Shown one piece after another: positions 45,690 to 59,150 of a stretch of 64,000 bases of DNA (positions are counted from its first letter, which is position 1; each line of letters opens with the position of its first letter). Position numbers and translations under genes: made by a program. Below the pieces are notes generated by a model that did not search any database, was not told the DNA's origin, and saw only the letters and a list, made by a program, of their open reading frames with translations. The DNA comes from Amphiscolops sp. MND2022 (taxonomy: Eukaryota), in assembly GCA_964187785.1 (NCBI GenBank), contig OZ076416.1, positions 54,188,001 to 54,252,000 on the forward strand, given 5' to 3'.

Positions 45690-48600
45690 GACCAACTGGA
45701 ATGAGAATATATAGTAATGATCAAACTTGGTTAATGTATCTACAGTTGTAAGTGATGGTAGAAATGGTTCTGCATCAAGTATATACAGAACCGAGAAAGT
45801 ACCTGTCAGTCAACTAAAATGCTGTATCAAACAATGGATGCATCGGAAAGGCGGGTACTCGAACGTGCGGCATCAAAACTTGAGTGTGCCACATCCTTTG
45901 TCAGATACTTGAACTTTAGAGGTCAATGCTTATCATTCGATCGATCCCGACTTGAAAGGCGGACTGTAACATATGACATTCCAGCAGTGTCCACAGCCAA
46001 GCGAATTGATGTTGCGTCTTCGTCATATCCAGTCTCTTCGTGAAAGGGTCAGCGCAGTTGTCACCACTTGCAATGAATTTCAGATCGACCGACTGGTCCT
46101 TTATTGTCTCCCTCACATAAACCATTAGAGATGCAAAGTGTTTCGTCTAGTGCTGTTGTCGTCCTTAGTTGCCAATGCTAAGCGTGATCGGCTGTTTAAG
46201 AAGTAAGTTGTCTCCACTGATGCCCAAAGGGTTTCCAGAGTCCCCGCAAATGCTTCTCGCAAGGCATGGAGTTCTGCTTCGGCGGTAGACGTCGCTACAA
46301 AGGTCTGTCTAGCAGCCCACGAATTTGCCCTACTCGCCAGGTTGAAAAAAAAGAAACCAGGTATGCTTCGTCTATTATAATTGAAGTCGGCATACTCCCT
46401 TCTGTGGAGTGCGTGACCCCGTTAATGCCTACATCATCGCCCTTCGTTAGAGTGAAGGCCACGTCACCTGTGCATTCCATCATGCCAGTTAAATTGGCCC
46501 CATTCAATGTTCTCTTTTCCTCGGGTGCGTATTGGGCAGAGAACTCCTAGAACTCCTGTTTCATGCCACTGGGTGTTCAGAAGTCCCTGGACTGCATCGA
46601 TTCGATCTCCAGAGCCGCACTGGAAGACAGCGGATTGCAAGCCTTGACACCTGCCCACGAATTGGCTCCACTGCCAGAAGCCAGTGATGCTCCATCTATC
46701 ATCCTTGCAGCTGGTGTAGTCATAAGTTATGTACCCGTTTATTCCTACTTCATCGCACTTGGCAGAAGTGATGCCCACGTCACTTCTGCCTCTGATGTAG
46801 CGTAATACGTGCTTCTCCGCTTGCCATTGAGCAAATCCAGGGTTGTTGAGAAATCGAGACAGTAGGTGGGCCAAGTCAGGTCCAGTGGAGAATGAGATGT
46901 TAACAACGCTACCCCCTAGGCATCTGTAGTCCAGTCCTCACATTTGTTGCTGTTCATCAGACCTGTCGTTCGGCATTTATTTCTTTGTCAGCTTTAGCTT
47001 GTCTGCGAGTGGTGTTGAAGCTGAGCCCCCATTTCGTGTTTGTTAATTTGGTTGATCACGTACTGCTGATTGTTCATCGTCAGTGGAGCGTTAACTTAGT
47101 TGAAAGAGAATCTCAGCAACCGTGTCAGAGGATCACTTTTGCCGATTTGAACCGCTGATTGATTTTCTTTTTGAACCAAATGCTGAATTGACGGTCAGGT
47201 AACCCGTCAGTGTCAGCGAGCGAGGGTCGTGAACTGATGCTCTAGAGTCGAGCTCGTGCAGATGGAAAGACACTCGAACCAATTCCGCCCCGATTGCCTC
47301 AGTCCATACAATGAGCGCATAAGCTTGTACATTATCTGATGGCCGCTCTGGCTACTCCATGTAGATGTCTCCTTGGACAAGCTCCCAGACACCATTGTCT
47401 TCGAGTTATTTGAGCTCACTGTCCATCGCTGTTTTCCAGTTTGGATTCCCAAGGCATCTGTTACACTGCTTGGGAGGTGACTTGAAATCAACAAAACCTC
47501 ACAGTGGAGTGTCTGATTTGCAAACTTTCCCCGTCACATGATCACCGAAGTGTTGAGACGCTCTTCCGGAACCTCCAGAGCATCTTGTTGTCGTTTGAGG
47601 GACCATATCATTCACTGCTGTTGTACTCTCCGTTGCATTGGATGCCCCTTCATCCGTATTGATAATCCCTTCTGATTTGAACTTGATTGCATCGGTCCTC
47701 GTGGATGTGGCCTTGCCTTGCTCATCTAGCCGCGACTCTAGATAATCAACATCTGATTGTGTAGCTTCGTCGTGCTCGCTATAGTGAAACCAAGCCTTTT
47801 GTGTTTTCGTCTCAGACCCGTCCGTCGAGGTCACCACATACGCCTTCGAGTTTTCTGGGTATCCCAGTAGACTGGTTTCCCGTACTTCTTTCCACTTTTC
47901 AGCTTTTTCCTAACTTTGTTGAGGCCAAATATGTGAACGATCAGGCTTGCTCTGGTAAAACAACTCAAAAGGAGTTTTGCCATGGCCCAAAAGGATTCGT
48001 TGGTTCTCCAGGTAAAGGGCAGTTGAAGGAGCAACTGCAAAGCGGACACTTTCGTGAAAATACTGAGTGGGTCCGAGCACGTCTGTGATCGATACCCAGT
48101 TTCTTATGTCTCGCGTCCTCTGATCTCTGAACGACTGCTGTCAGCGTTGCGTACATCTGCCTAGAAACCTTCGTCTGACTCTGAGAAAAATCCCCACTTC
48201 AATGATGAGCTCATTGCACCCGTTTTTTCAGCGGCCACTCCTGAAATCCCCGAAGTTGAAGAAGTTAACTCATGAGTGGTTGCTGGATTGGCCGGATTGC
48301 CACATCACTTGAAGCACTTCGAAATCTTCCTCCCTGCTGCATGAAAGGCTGTCATCGACGTGTCCTGGAACAGCTCAGGCCCTAGGTTGCTGCGAACTGT
48401 CGAAGTCACGGGGAAGACCCTTGAGTCTCATCGTCATAATTAGAGCATCTGTCTGAAACTGCCTTCCCCGCTTCAACCCGATTCAATAGGAGTTTGGCGA
48501 GGTTGTCAGTCACTTGCTCCCCGAATGTCTATTTTGAAACCAGTGAGCTGAGTCATCAGGGATTGAACCTGCGGTCGTTCAGTTGACTTGTAGAGCTTCC

Positions 48601-49201
48601 TCAAAATTGCCCATGCTACAGTCCTATTCGGATCATGCCCCTTGTTGAAGTTGACCCTTTCTGTCAAGGCACTAAACCAGTTCGCACCACACCATGTCTT
48701 GAAGTTTGGCCAATCGGCTTCTTGCCCCTCTCGCATTGACACGTTCATTATTGTGTCCACGTCGTATGCGGTGTTGTCTTGATTCTGTCCAGGAGGCAGT
48801 CAGAAAGTTCTGGTGCATAGACTCTTGCTTGGAACTATTCCAGAAAGGTGATGAAGTTGTCCTTTCGTTCACTGAAAAGCAGCTTATCTTGTCGAGAATG
48901 TCGTCGTGCCGTTATCGTGATCTGCACTGGTAAGGTAGTAATCAGCGAAGTAAATAGCGTCGGTAAGCTACTGGGCCCATAACCTTTCGAAGAACTGAAT
49001 TGGGATTAATCAGGTATGATCAGATTTTTTAAATATATTTACCATTGCAAATGATGGCAGAAATGGTTCAGTTTTGTGTAAATATAGCACCGAGACTAGT
49101 ATCTGTCAGTCAACAAAAAAACCGGTTTTAATTGTTTAAGCATCGCTCAGGCCATTACTCGAGTACGCGACATCAAAACTTGAGTCAAGCCGGGAATGAC
49201 A
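45690..49201 (-). mobile_element. Decayed, internally deleted Ty1/Copia retrotransposon with ~200-bp diverged LTRs (~45690-45892 and ~48990-49201)
   Basis: Copia motifs LLGYPENSKAY, KLMRSLYGLRQSGRNW, KHVLRYIRG, IASGDNCADPFTK in IN-RT-RH order; half-tRNA PBS. Confidence 0.85.
48971..48985 (-). promoter_or_regulatory. Copia-type half-tRNAiMet primer-binding site
   Basis: AGGTTATGGGCCCAG on the minus strand. Confidence 0.85.
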
Positions 49202-49599
49202 ATTTCGGTATAAGGTTTTTTAGTAACGTTCAACTGCCACTTGGTCCTGTGGTAAGCATGCTATGTCCGACTTTTTGACGTTATATCCGAAGTAAATTAA
49301 GTTTTTTAGGGATTTGGCGTTGGTTCGAATCGTATCTGTTTTAAATAACGATGTGGTTTCCCCGGTACTAGTCTCCAGGTTTGACTACCAGACTTTGGTT
49401 TCAGTTGACGCTTTACAAAAAGTCCAAGCCTCTTAATGTAGCAAGTTTTTACAGAGGCAAGTGTTTTCATTTGTTTGCTCTCACCGAATGGTCAACTTGA
49501 TTTCAAATCAACGTTAAGCAAGTCTAAAATGTGGCTAGAAGCAAATTACAATTACAAAGCTAGAAAGAATCGTGCAATTTCTTGAAGTTCAAAATCCTT

Positions 49600-50560
49600 A
49601 TTTCCACAAACACTGAATGTGATTTCACCACTTAACCGACTGAATGAGCAGATGACACAAATCCATAGAAACAACTTGATTCGGTCCACTAGAATTTGTC
49701 AAGGAACTCACGGACTTTCGATGTGGACGAGTTTTCTTTAGTTTTCTTGCAAATGATGCTTCCGTTCGTCAGATTTTCAATATTACACAGAGGAGGTTCA
49801 AATTTCGTATTATTCAGTATATCACTTAAAGCCGCCGCACTGCAATGTCCGATCTGAACATGTAGCGTTCTCAGTTTTTTCCAGTCATTTTTGCCTGGTT
49901 TCAAACTATTTAGATTTGTGAATTAAAAATTTGCCTTCTGCGAACCACTTCGACACTTCCAACTTGATTTTCTTCCTTAGAATCGATGTTTCATCGGTAC
50001 ACGAGTTCAGTACAAAATTTGTCCTTCTCAACGATGACTTGCTGAGCAACAGTGGTAACGTTCCCTCCAGGATATCATAACTGGTCGTTCCTGAAATGCA
50101 ATAATTTTTGACAGGAAACATAACCTTAAAAGTCGCTGTTTGCTTCTCCGTATTTCTGAACATAACTCGCATATCAGACGGTTTCGTTTCGACTCTTGCC
50201 AATTACGCATTATTCAGCGTTGTCAGATAGAAATCAAACCGTTCCACGCCACACCCTAGAAGTATACGCAGTATCGACTATTGCCCAGTTTTTCGTGGGA
50301 TTCAGTAATTGTGTATCCGTTAGTACGGCGAAAGTGACCATGATTTCTGAACCAATTCATCGCCGTTTCTCTCGGTCGTGTCACTTTCTGCAGTTTTTTC
50401 GGCCTGGAATTATCTGGACAACCTCGAACGAACCAATAGACCGAGTCGCAAAGTTTACTGCGCATGATTCACCCATCACAGTCGTTTGGATTCTTTCGCT
50501 TCGTAGATTGATTTTCATCGTCGTTTTCATGAAGTTTCGAAACGAACAAGACATCCTTTT
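49600..50560 (-). pseudogene. Second Copia-like gag/protease/pre-integrase fragment
   Basis: KLCDSVYWFVRGCP (decayed knuckle), LPLLLSKSSLRR, LHVQIGHCSAAALSDIL...ICKK. Confidence 0.6.
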
Positions 50561-50587
50561 TTTCTTCTCTCTTGAAGTTCCCAAATA

Positions 50588-50761
50588 CAGTCAACTCGGG
50601 TTAATTCGTATCCGGATAATTCGGATCTTCGTTTAATTCGTATGTATCTGAGACCCCCATTTCGCGACGACCAAAGTAATATCATCCTGTGAATTCGTAT
50701 TTTTCGTTATTCGTAGTATTTTATTTGGTCCCTAGTGATACGAATTAGGCGGATTCGACTG
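50588..50761. mobile_element. TA-flanked MITE (174 bp), inverted copy of 35850-36023
   Basis: Reverse-complement match along its full length; TA on both flanks. Confidence 0.85.
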
Positions 50762-50878
50762 TATGTAAATGATACTGGACTTTACTATGTCGAATATCAA
50801 TTCTGTGACTGCTCCAAGCATCATTTGTGATTGATGGTGACTGTAGTTTGGGTTGTTCAAATTTCAGTTCCACTTCGG

Positions 50879-51600
50879 TTTTTTAGTCGGCGCCTTTTGA
50901 CGAAAAATAACCGACTATATAGCAGCAGCTGTTTAAGACTGGCCAATCGACAGAAATCTATAAGCATTTATATAAGCTAGCAACTTCTCACTGCCACTGG
51001 GCCTAGTGGTTACCGCGGATTTTCTGTCCTGGTGGCGAGGTCCGGAAAGCAGGAAGAAAACGTGGGTTCGATTCTCGCACTAAGCCTCCCTTTGGGTTTT
51101 TTTCGGCACTCTGCGGCTTTTCATCTGATGTTTCTAACCGATTTTTTCAACGGTTTGTTTCCTAGCATAGAGGTCCAGTTTAGAGTTTTTCGGCACATTT
51201 CTATGTACCGAAGAATTTTTCAAAATTTTTTCTAAACCATTTTCGGTTTTTTAGGTTTTCTGCGAGGAAAACCTTTTTCCAAGTCGTAAGGGTGATCTCC
51301 TCGGTCATTTTTGGGTCCTGTGGAACGAATGAAAGTTTTCTCAGTTAATGTGGACAAGACCTACGGTATTTTTCGGCACTGAACGATTTTTCTTTGAAGA
51401 AATTTGTTGTTTGGTCAAAGGGTACCCCATTCACTTTCATAAATGTTGTTTTCGGCTTGAAAAACAGCGTTATGTTTTTCAGCACAATGAGTTTTTTACC
51501 TTCTCAAATTGGGGGTTTGTTATATTTCCAGTTGGGGAAAAACGCTTTTCGAGTTCAATGGGTATCCCTTCGGGTATTTTCCGGCACTGTAAATTTGAGT
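50879..51600. repeat. HINE-like family member containing a tRNA-like segment
   Basis: tttttagtcggcgcc terminus; ttttcggcactg subrepeats. Confidence 0.5.
50994..51085 (+). other. tRNA-derived Pol III-like segment (A and B boxes) with an enlarged central hairpin
   Basis: gggcctagtggtta (A box) and gggttcgattctc (B box) flank the stem ttttctgtcctg...caggaagaaaa. Confidence 0.4.
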
Positions 51601-52799
51601 AAATTTTCACAATAGTGTCATTGCATATTTAAACAAGACGCCCGCTGAGCAGCGAGATATTTTCCGCCCCACTCTGTTCTACAACTAAATAAATTTAAGG
51701 CTCAAGAATAGCCAATGCACTGTAAAAACGCAAGAAAGTTTTGATTCATTTTAGCCCATTTTAAGGGAAACCCCTAATTTATAATTTCTGCGATAGCTGG
51801 CCACTTTTTGTTTTTGTTTCGACACTGAGCGACTCACCGAGAAAAGAGAAAATTTTCGATAACTTCTTTGAAAATAATTTTCGAAAAACTATTTTTCGCA
51901 ATTTTTAATATTTGAGGATTTCTGTAACGGAAATAGGTTTCCCGAGTCGTCAGGGTGACTTTGTTACTTTTGACCATATGGAAACGACGAGGTTTCTTCT
52001 TGGAAAGTTGAGCGATCCCGGTTTCTTATATTGTTGAACATAGTGTCACCACAAGTGTCAAAAAAATGGAAATAGTTTTGACAACTTTGCGCTCAATTTG
52101 AGGAACTTTTCTAACATGAATCTACAAATGTCTCTTCAAAATAGAGTTTAGCTGTTGTTGAATGTTCACACCATTCTAACCCACGAAGTAGCTCGAACCA
52201 TTTTCCTTTGGAAGGTGTACTCCATATCTAGTGATTTTGCTTGGTTTTTGAACATTAAATATTGGATGAATGAAGTCGAAGTTTACGTTTCCAAGTAAAG
52301 TTTTTGAAAGTTGGGCAAATAAACATGTCTGATATGTTTTTGACACACTACCGGTAGCTACACGTTTCAATTCTGAGCCTATGGTATTTATGATTGAAGT
52401 AATTTTTCGGAAAGGGTTCAAAAGTTAGACTGTGTTGTCTGAAATAATAGTTCGAAAACTTTTACACCTTTTTTGTAAACTCGAACAACTTCGTCCCCTT
52501 TTTCCCCAATTGCGTTTTGAATACCTTATTGTTTCAACGCTCAGGTCATTGGAAGTTCTATTCTTCAAAAACTTTCGTGGTTTGAACAAAAATTGGGATT
52601 AGTTTGTCGAACAACGTGCTTTTTTGTTTCATTGATTTTTGGGTGTTTTTAAGCCAATTCCAAAAATCGATGGAGTTATCTGTTCGAAATTGCCCACTGG
52701 AAATACCCGGGTTAGTCATTGTTGAGTTTTTTAAACCATTTTATGCTAGCAACTTGCTCAAAAATTGTACAAAAAACTGTCTAAAACTGAAAAAAACTT

Positions 52800-54200
52800 G
52801 AAAATTCTGTTTTTCGAATTTTTGGATCATTTTGAGAATACTTTCGACCATAAATTGGGCAAGTTTTTCGAAGCTTTCATTTTACCGAAACTATCCAATC
52901 TCAAATGAATAATCAGTAAAAATGTCAGAAATCGAAAAACATTTCAACATTTTTGACTTTTTGCGTTCAATTTCGAGTCATTTTCCAACTGAAGTCTGCT
53001 AATAATCCTTTAAAAACCTACTGAATCATGAGTTCAGTCTTGAACGTTTGCCAACATTATGACTCCAAAAGGATTCAAAGATACACAAGTTGCACAAAAA
53101 CGAAGATGGAAGGTTCTCTTCAAAAAATGTAATGCAAAGGTCGTTCATTCGTTGTTGAATTGACTGTGTTAGAACTTAGGACGAAACTTCTCGGAAACTG
53201 TACAGAAATTGCATCAAAAACGACAAAAACTTCGATTTTTTTGACAGTTCAGGGTCAATTTGAGGCTTTTTTCTTTCACAAATTGAACCTATCTCGTGAC
53301 GAAGCTCCCTGAAACAACAAGTTTCCCATGCTGCAGGAGTTTCAGCATTCTAGTCTATCGATATTTTCACAAATGTTGAACAAAAACACAAAAATCATAA
53401 ATTTTTCGAAATTTTGTATTTTTTGATGTCAATTCCGGACATTTTTCGTTTGAAAAACTGCATTTTTTTTCTTTTCTAAGCAGACTAGACAACACATTCT
53501 TTCTTTGTTGAATCTTTTCCAACGTTGCAATCCACAAACTACGTCAAAAATTTTGAGAAAAAATTTATAAAATCTTTGAAATATTGAAAAATTTGGGATT
53601 TTTGTCACTATCGGTGTCAATTTGAGACGTTTTCTCTTACAAAAATGCCATAACTTCTTCGGAAAAACTATGGGACAACGAACTTTTGTTTCTTGTTGAC
53701 CCCTTAAAACATTCCAATTGTCGAAGTCTGTCGAAACTAACCAAAAATGCATAAAAACTTTGAAAATGGAAAGTTTTGGATTTTTGTCATTTTTGGTGTC
53801 AATTTAACACATTTTCACTAAGCAAACTGCAATAAACTCTTCGGAAAAGCCTACTGGACAACACATTCCCTCCTCGTTGACCTCTTTCAACGTTCCAATC
53901 CACAAAGTCCGTCGAAAATTTGGGAAAAATGCAAAAAAATCTTTGAAAATTGGAAATTTTTGGGAATTTTGTCGTTTTTGTTTTCAATTCATTTCGAAAA
54001 CTGCAATTATCACTTCAAAAGTTCTACTGGACAACGAATTAGTACCATGTTAAGCATTTTCAACATTCTGATCAACGAAGTCTATCGAAAACTTGACAAA
54101 AATTGCATTAAAACGTAAAAAGTTGGAAATTTTTGCTGTTTTTACTATTTTTGGGGTCATTTTTGAGTCCTTCTGGGGTCCTTGGGGTCAACTAAAAAAA
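52800..54200. repeat. Highly degenerate AT-rich satellite, ~180-bp period
   Basis: ggtgtcaattt at ~53614 and ~53796; recurring ggacaac and gtcgaaa blocks. Confidence 0.55.
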
Positions 54201-57200
54201 GTCCAGAAATCTCCACAAATACAAATCGCACGAAGCTAATTTTTTTGTTGAATAGAGTTGAATTCTATGGGTAACGCCCTTAAAGTTAAATATAGATTTG
54301 GTGCTTGGCAAATTGTGTCAAAAAAACCATTTGATTTAAATATTTTCCTTTCCCATATGAAATATGGGCGGAAAATAACAACATGGTTTTTGTACCTTGA
54401 GCAGGGCGCCGACTTGGACCGTTACCGGTTTCTTTTGAGAAGTATCGGCAAAAATATTCCTCCCGAATTTTGACAGTCTGTTCACTCCGCGCCATTTACA
54501 ACGCTTTTAAACGAAACTAACGCCAAGTTTGTTTTTGGACTGATAGTTGCATTGTCCTGGGTTGGATCCAAAACGAAAGCAAACTTAAGAGATTCGTTGC
54601 TCACATTTCTTCAGTGTACGAAGTCGCGCAAACGCCGATCCGAAGCAATGGAACTGCGTTCCTACTGAATTGAGTCCCACTGATCACAGTACCCGCTGTT
54701 TTAAACTCCCAGACATTCCCTCCAGCTGAAAATATTGAAACTGAATGCGTGTTATCCGGATAATACGAATGAAGGGTGAAACACACCTCTATATCATCCG
54801 TATTTCTCAAAAATAGTTTGTCAAAATCGAAGCGAAATCACTCTTAATTCTATTCCATATCATCGAATGCGATCATTCCGAGTTATTTACGTTATTTCTC
54901 AATTTTTTAGCAACAAGAATACTATGAGTATGTTTGAGTTTGAAAAAATTAAAAATTCGTTAGATTAAATTCAACCCACGCTTTTTGTCTGGCAAAAAAA
55001 GAAAGGGGAACTTGAAAAAGGTCCCCTTTATTCGAATTATGAAACCTTTCAGTCGAAATAAGTGCCGTATATCAGTAAGTGCGCTTAATAAATGCTTTGG
55101 AGAAGATTGACATGAAAAAAGCAAAAATAAACACGCTACGGCCCAAATATGTGTTATATGTATGTTGTAACAAAAGCACCGGCCAAAAAACAGCGCTGTA
55201 TTCAATTCATTTTCGAATTGTTACTTTTCGAATTGTAAGAGAATGACAAACCGCAGTGTTGGAGCAGGTATTTTTTCGACAGTTTCCGCCTGAAACTCTT
55301 GAAAAGTTGAAAACTATTTTTCTATTGGCCTTGTTAGGGTATCTGGCGTCACTGGGACTGGGAAGCAGAAAAGTATGGGGGTTCGAACAATTTTTTTTCA
55401 TTTTGCAAAGTCACATGAGACCAAAGGGTCCGCTTCTTCGGCACTGCAACTTTTTTCGGAACGATTTGATCCATGTTTTGAACAGAGTTAACCTGCGATC
55501 GAAAGTTCGTCCAGGGATGCCGATGGTTCCCTTCCTTGATTCTTTTACATTTCTGAATAGGAAAAAATCCTCTTAAGACCAAAGGGCGCTCTAGGTTTTT
55601 CGGCACTGTGCGACTTCGATAAATTTCAAATTTTAAGAGAGCACAATTTTTTGTTTATTTCAGTAAGAAAAACGTTTTTCAACCGAGAAAATTAGCTGTT
55701 TTACATGACCCATGGAAGGTTATCACCTGTAGGATTTATAGATGAAACTTTTATCGATTTCTACTTGAATTGTTTTGCCGTTTTTTCCATGACTATTTTG
55801 ACCGATTGAGCCATTCGATTGGTTCTTCAATTTTTGATGTCTTGTGAATGCTTTGAAAAACTTGAATCTGTTTGTGACGTTTTAGAAAAGCTGAAATTCA
55901 AACTAAGGTATTTAAAGTTTTCTATCTGTAAACTCATTGCAACTTTTCTCAGACTTCTTTGATGTGTAACTCTTCAGATGTAGAAAAAAAATCCTCGGCT
56001 AACAAAGTATTTTGAAAGTTGATCACTCCAGAGTGTTATTTTGCATGCTTGTTCAATTGGACTTGCTTTGGGATCGAACTAAAATGTGAAACTGCGCTCT
56101 TGAACTGTTTTGCTTTGAATGTTGTCTCTTGTTCTTGTTGTCGTATCATTGTACGTTTGCATGAACACACGGCTGAATCTTAGTGAATGAGCTTTGCAAT
56201 GGCATGTAAACTCTTTCGGCGAGATTAAAGTTATGATGTACACAATACCATGCGGTATACATGAGAAGCGGTGACTAAATCAGATGAGTATTTGAGAAAG
56301 CAATGTGTGATTACAACGTGATCGTGTCCGTAAAAGAAGGCGGAAATATTTTCAAATTTGATTGCAGTAGTGGAAAATGCAGTGTAATTCTACAAGATTT
56401 ACCACCGGAACCTTTCTGAATTTTCTAGGTTTTATAACAAATTACCCTGCATGCAGGCCTGCAGCATGTAAAAAGTTCCAGCAGTCTCAACTGGGGTAAA
56501 GTATGTTCTTCGTCCATTTCTTTGTGAGCCACGTCGTTTAACTTTCAAATAGATTGTATCTCCAAACTTCACTGCAGAAAAAAACTTCTCGATATTCCGT
56601 AAAAACTTATTGCAACTATTTGAGCTTTTGACATGCGGTTGCCAACAACTTTTAATCAAGATTTTCAAATACTCTTGCAAAAACGTACGACAAAAATCTG
56701 TTGTATTGGACTTTTATCAAGCTGCTTTGAAGATTGATCAAAAGTTTGGCAGCAATTAGAATGCGTGAACTTTTGCATGATTCAATATGCATCAGTTTGA
56801 GTACTCAATATAGATCAGACTTCATCAAATTCAACGCCATTTCAATGCAAAATAACTTCAATCACGTTCTAAACTAGTGAAGTGTCATCTTCAGCGTGTT
56901 ATTTGAGAAGCGGTGATTCCATCTGATGAGTAGTTGAAAAGCAAAAGTGAAAATAACGAGACCATGTTTTCGATGAAGCAACAAATGATTGATAAGTGTG
57001 ACTTCAATTGCAATAATGGAATTTGCCGTGTAATCCTGCAAGATTTGCCATTGGAAACTGACTGAATTTTCTAGCTTTATGAAAAAAAAAACGCGTGCAG
57101 AGGTACATCATGTAAAAAGTTCCAGCTGTCTCGATTCGGGTAATTGTTGGCCTGTAGGTTCCATGTGAACTGAATTGAACGTTGATCATCAGTTTTCCTT

Positions 57201-57811
57201 GAATCTTCCATCGTTGGTTTCACTTACTGCATCTTCAATCAAACTTTAACTCATTTGGTGTTCCCTCTGCTGCTTCGTAGGTTGCAGGTCAAACAAGCCG
57301 AAAACGGCCCAGCTGTTCAAAAAGGTTTTGAAAAAAAGCAAAAATATTCAGGGGCCCACTTATTGAGCTTTTAATTGCGAGAAAATACCGAAATGGGTAC
57401 CTTAAACTCGAAAATAGCTTTCTCTGAAATGCAAACATCCGAAAACCCATATCTGGAATTATTTTTCCAGAAATGTTTTTCAAGCAAAGTCTCAAGGGAA
57501 TGCTCGGCTATGTGAAACGTGGCAAGTGCCACTGATGCAAATTAACCAGGGTAGTCAGGAAGGGTAGCCACGTTCAAACATTTGCCGCTGGCCCTGACTG
57601 CCCTGACAATTCCTAACAAGCTGCTCTGACAAAATGACCAAACTACTCCATAGGACGAAGAGAAACTTGTAGTTGATTACTTTCTTGATATAAGATTCAG
57701 TTGGCAAAAAAATAGTTGTAAATTTCACATCAGATGTTCGATTTCAGTCTAGCTAGCACGGCTGAAGCTATAGCAGCTTCTTTTTGCTGCTTGGATGCTG
57801 CTCTTAAGTCA

Positions 57812-58292
57812 TTTTTAGTCGAAAGGAAAAAAAAGCCCGACTATTACAGTGGATAGTTTTTTTCCAGTTCACTTTGAATGGTCCACTTTTTTGTTCTTTG
57901 TTCAACTTTTTAGCTGAGAGGTCAACCCGGATTTTAGTTCGGATATAACGTTTCAATGTTGGGATGTAACGTTTTCAAAAGTTAAAGTTCGGAGGTAACG
58001 TTTTCAAAATTCGGATCCAACGTTTTCAAAGTTCGGATCTAACGTTTTCAAAGTTCGGATCTAACGTTTTCAAAGTTCGGATATAACGTTTTCAAAGTTC
58101 GGATATAACGTTTTCAAAGTTCGGATGTAACGTTTTCAAAGTTCTGATATAACATTTTCAAAGTTCGGATGTAACGTTTCCAAAGTTCGGATGTAACGTT
58201 TTCATTTCTCGTATAACATTGATTTTCACCCAAAATTTCACATTATGTTGAGCCTTAGAAATGGCGCCGACTTTGGCCGTTCCTGGCTTGTT
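57812..58292. mobile_element. HINE-like element carrying the 22-bp minisatellite
   Basis: Same terminal motifs as 5094-5661 (tttttagtcg...cgactattacagtg; ggcgccgactttggccgttcctggcttgtt) bracketing aaagttcggatgtaacgttttc repeats. Confidence 0.7.
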
Positions 58293-58766
58293 GTGATATG
58301 GACATCAGATTCAGCTTTTTCTCAGCTTCTACAGCCTTTTTGTCGGCTGCTTCAGTAAAATGACGGAACTGGTCTTCGAGACGTATAAATGTTGCTGATT
58401 TAACATGAAATTGTTCATCGGTCTTTCTTTTGTTCGTTGTTATTTCTTTCTTTGCCTTTGCTTCATGTCCTTCTCCTTTTTCATCCAAATTTCTCTGACA
58501 CTCAGTAGCACATCTTTAGTAACTTGACAAGATTTGAGGAAAACAGTTCTTCGAGTCTCAATGTATAATTTTCGGTATTTTGGGACTGATGAAAAATTTA
58601 AATTATTTCAGCTACGTATTTTTTGGTTCTGTGCGACTTTTTCACCAGATTTTCACCAGATGTTCGCTGCTCCGATTGCTTTAACGTTTTCAGTTAGAAA
58701 GTCGCGTTTTTCTAGCCTGGCAGGTCTTTTTGGCATTGCAGGGTTTTTTCGAGTGAACAGTTTTCG

Positions 58767-58769
<3 letters not shown>

Positions 58770-58838
<69 letters not shown>
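58770..58838. repeat. (GA)n microsatellite
   Basis: Uninterrupted GA run of ~34 units. Confidence 0.99.
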
Positions 58839-58843
<5 letters not shown>

Positions 58844-59150
58844 GCTTAATTACTATACCTTATAAAAAAGAAACAACTTATTTGGTACAGTAGGCGTAGT
58901 AATTAAAATGAAGTTAAAATAAAGTAGCACTTTTGAACTATTGGAGAAGTTGGAAGCCGTGCCAAATATGGTTCTTATAAAAAGTTGGACAATCTTTGTA
59001 AAGTTGTAGCATGTGTTCTTTGATAAGTTTCTTCCATTTTTCTCTCTTGTATTTGATTGTTCTCAGTTCAGTGGGTAAGGAATTCCAACTTCTCACACAT
59101 GTATAAAAGAAGGAGGATCCATGAAGAAACTTACTGGAACCAGGCTCTTT

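Noticed and set aside
57500-57605. Hammerhead ribozyme (GAAAC...CTGATG plus hairpins)
   Set aside because: Only one helix lies between GAAAC and CTGATG, and the core CTGANGA/NUH is incomplete
58534-58893. 119-aa ORF with an ER repeat
   Set aside because: Artefact of the (GA)n microsatellite
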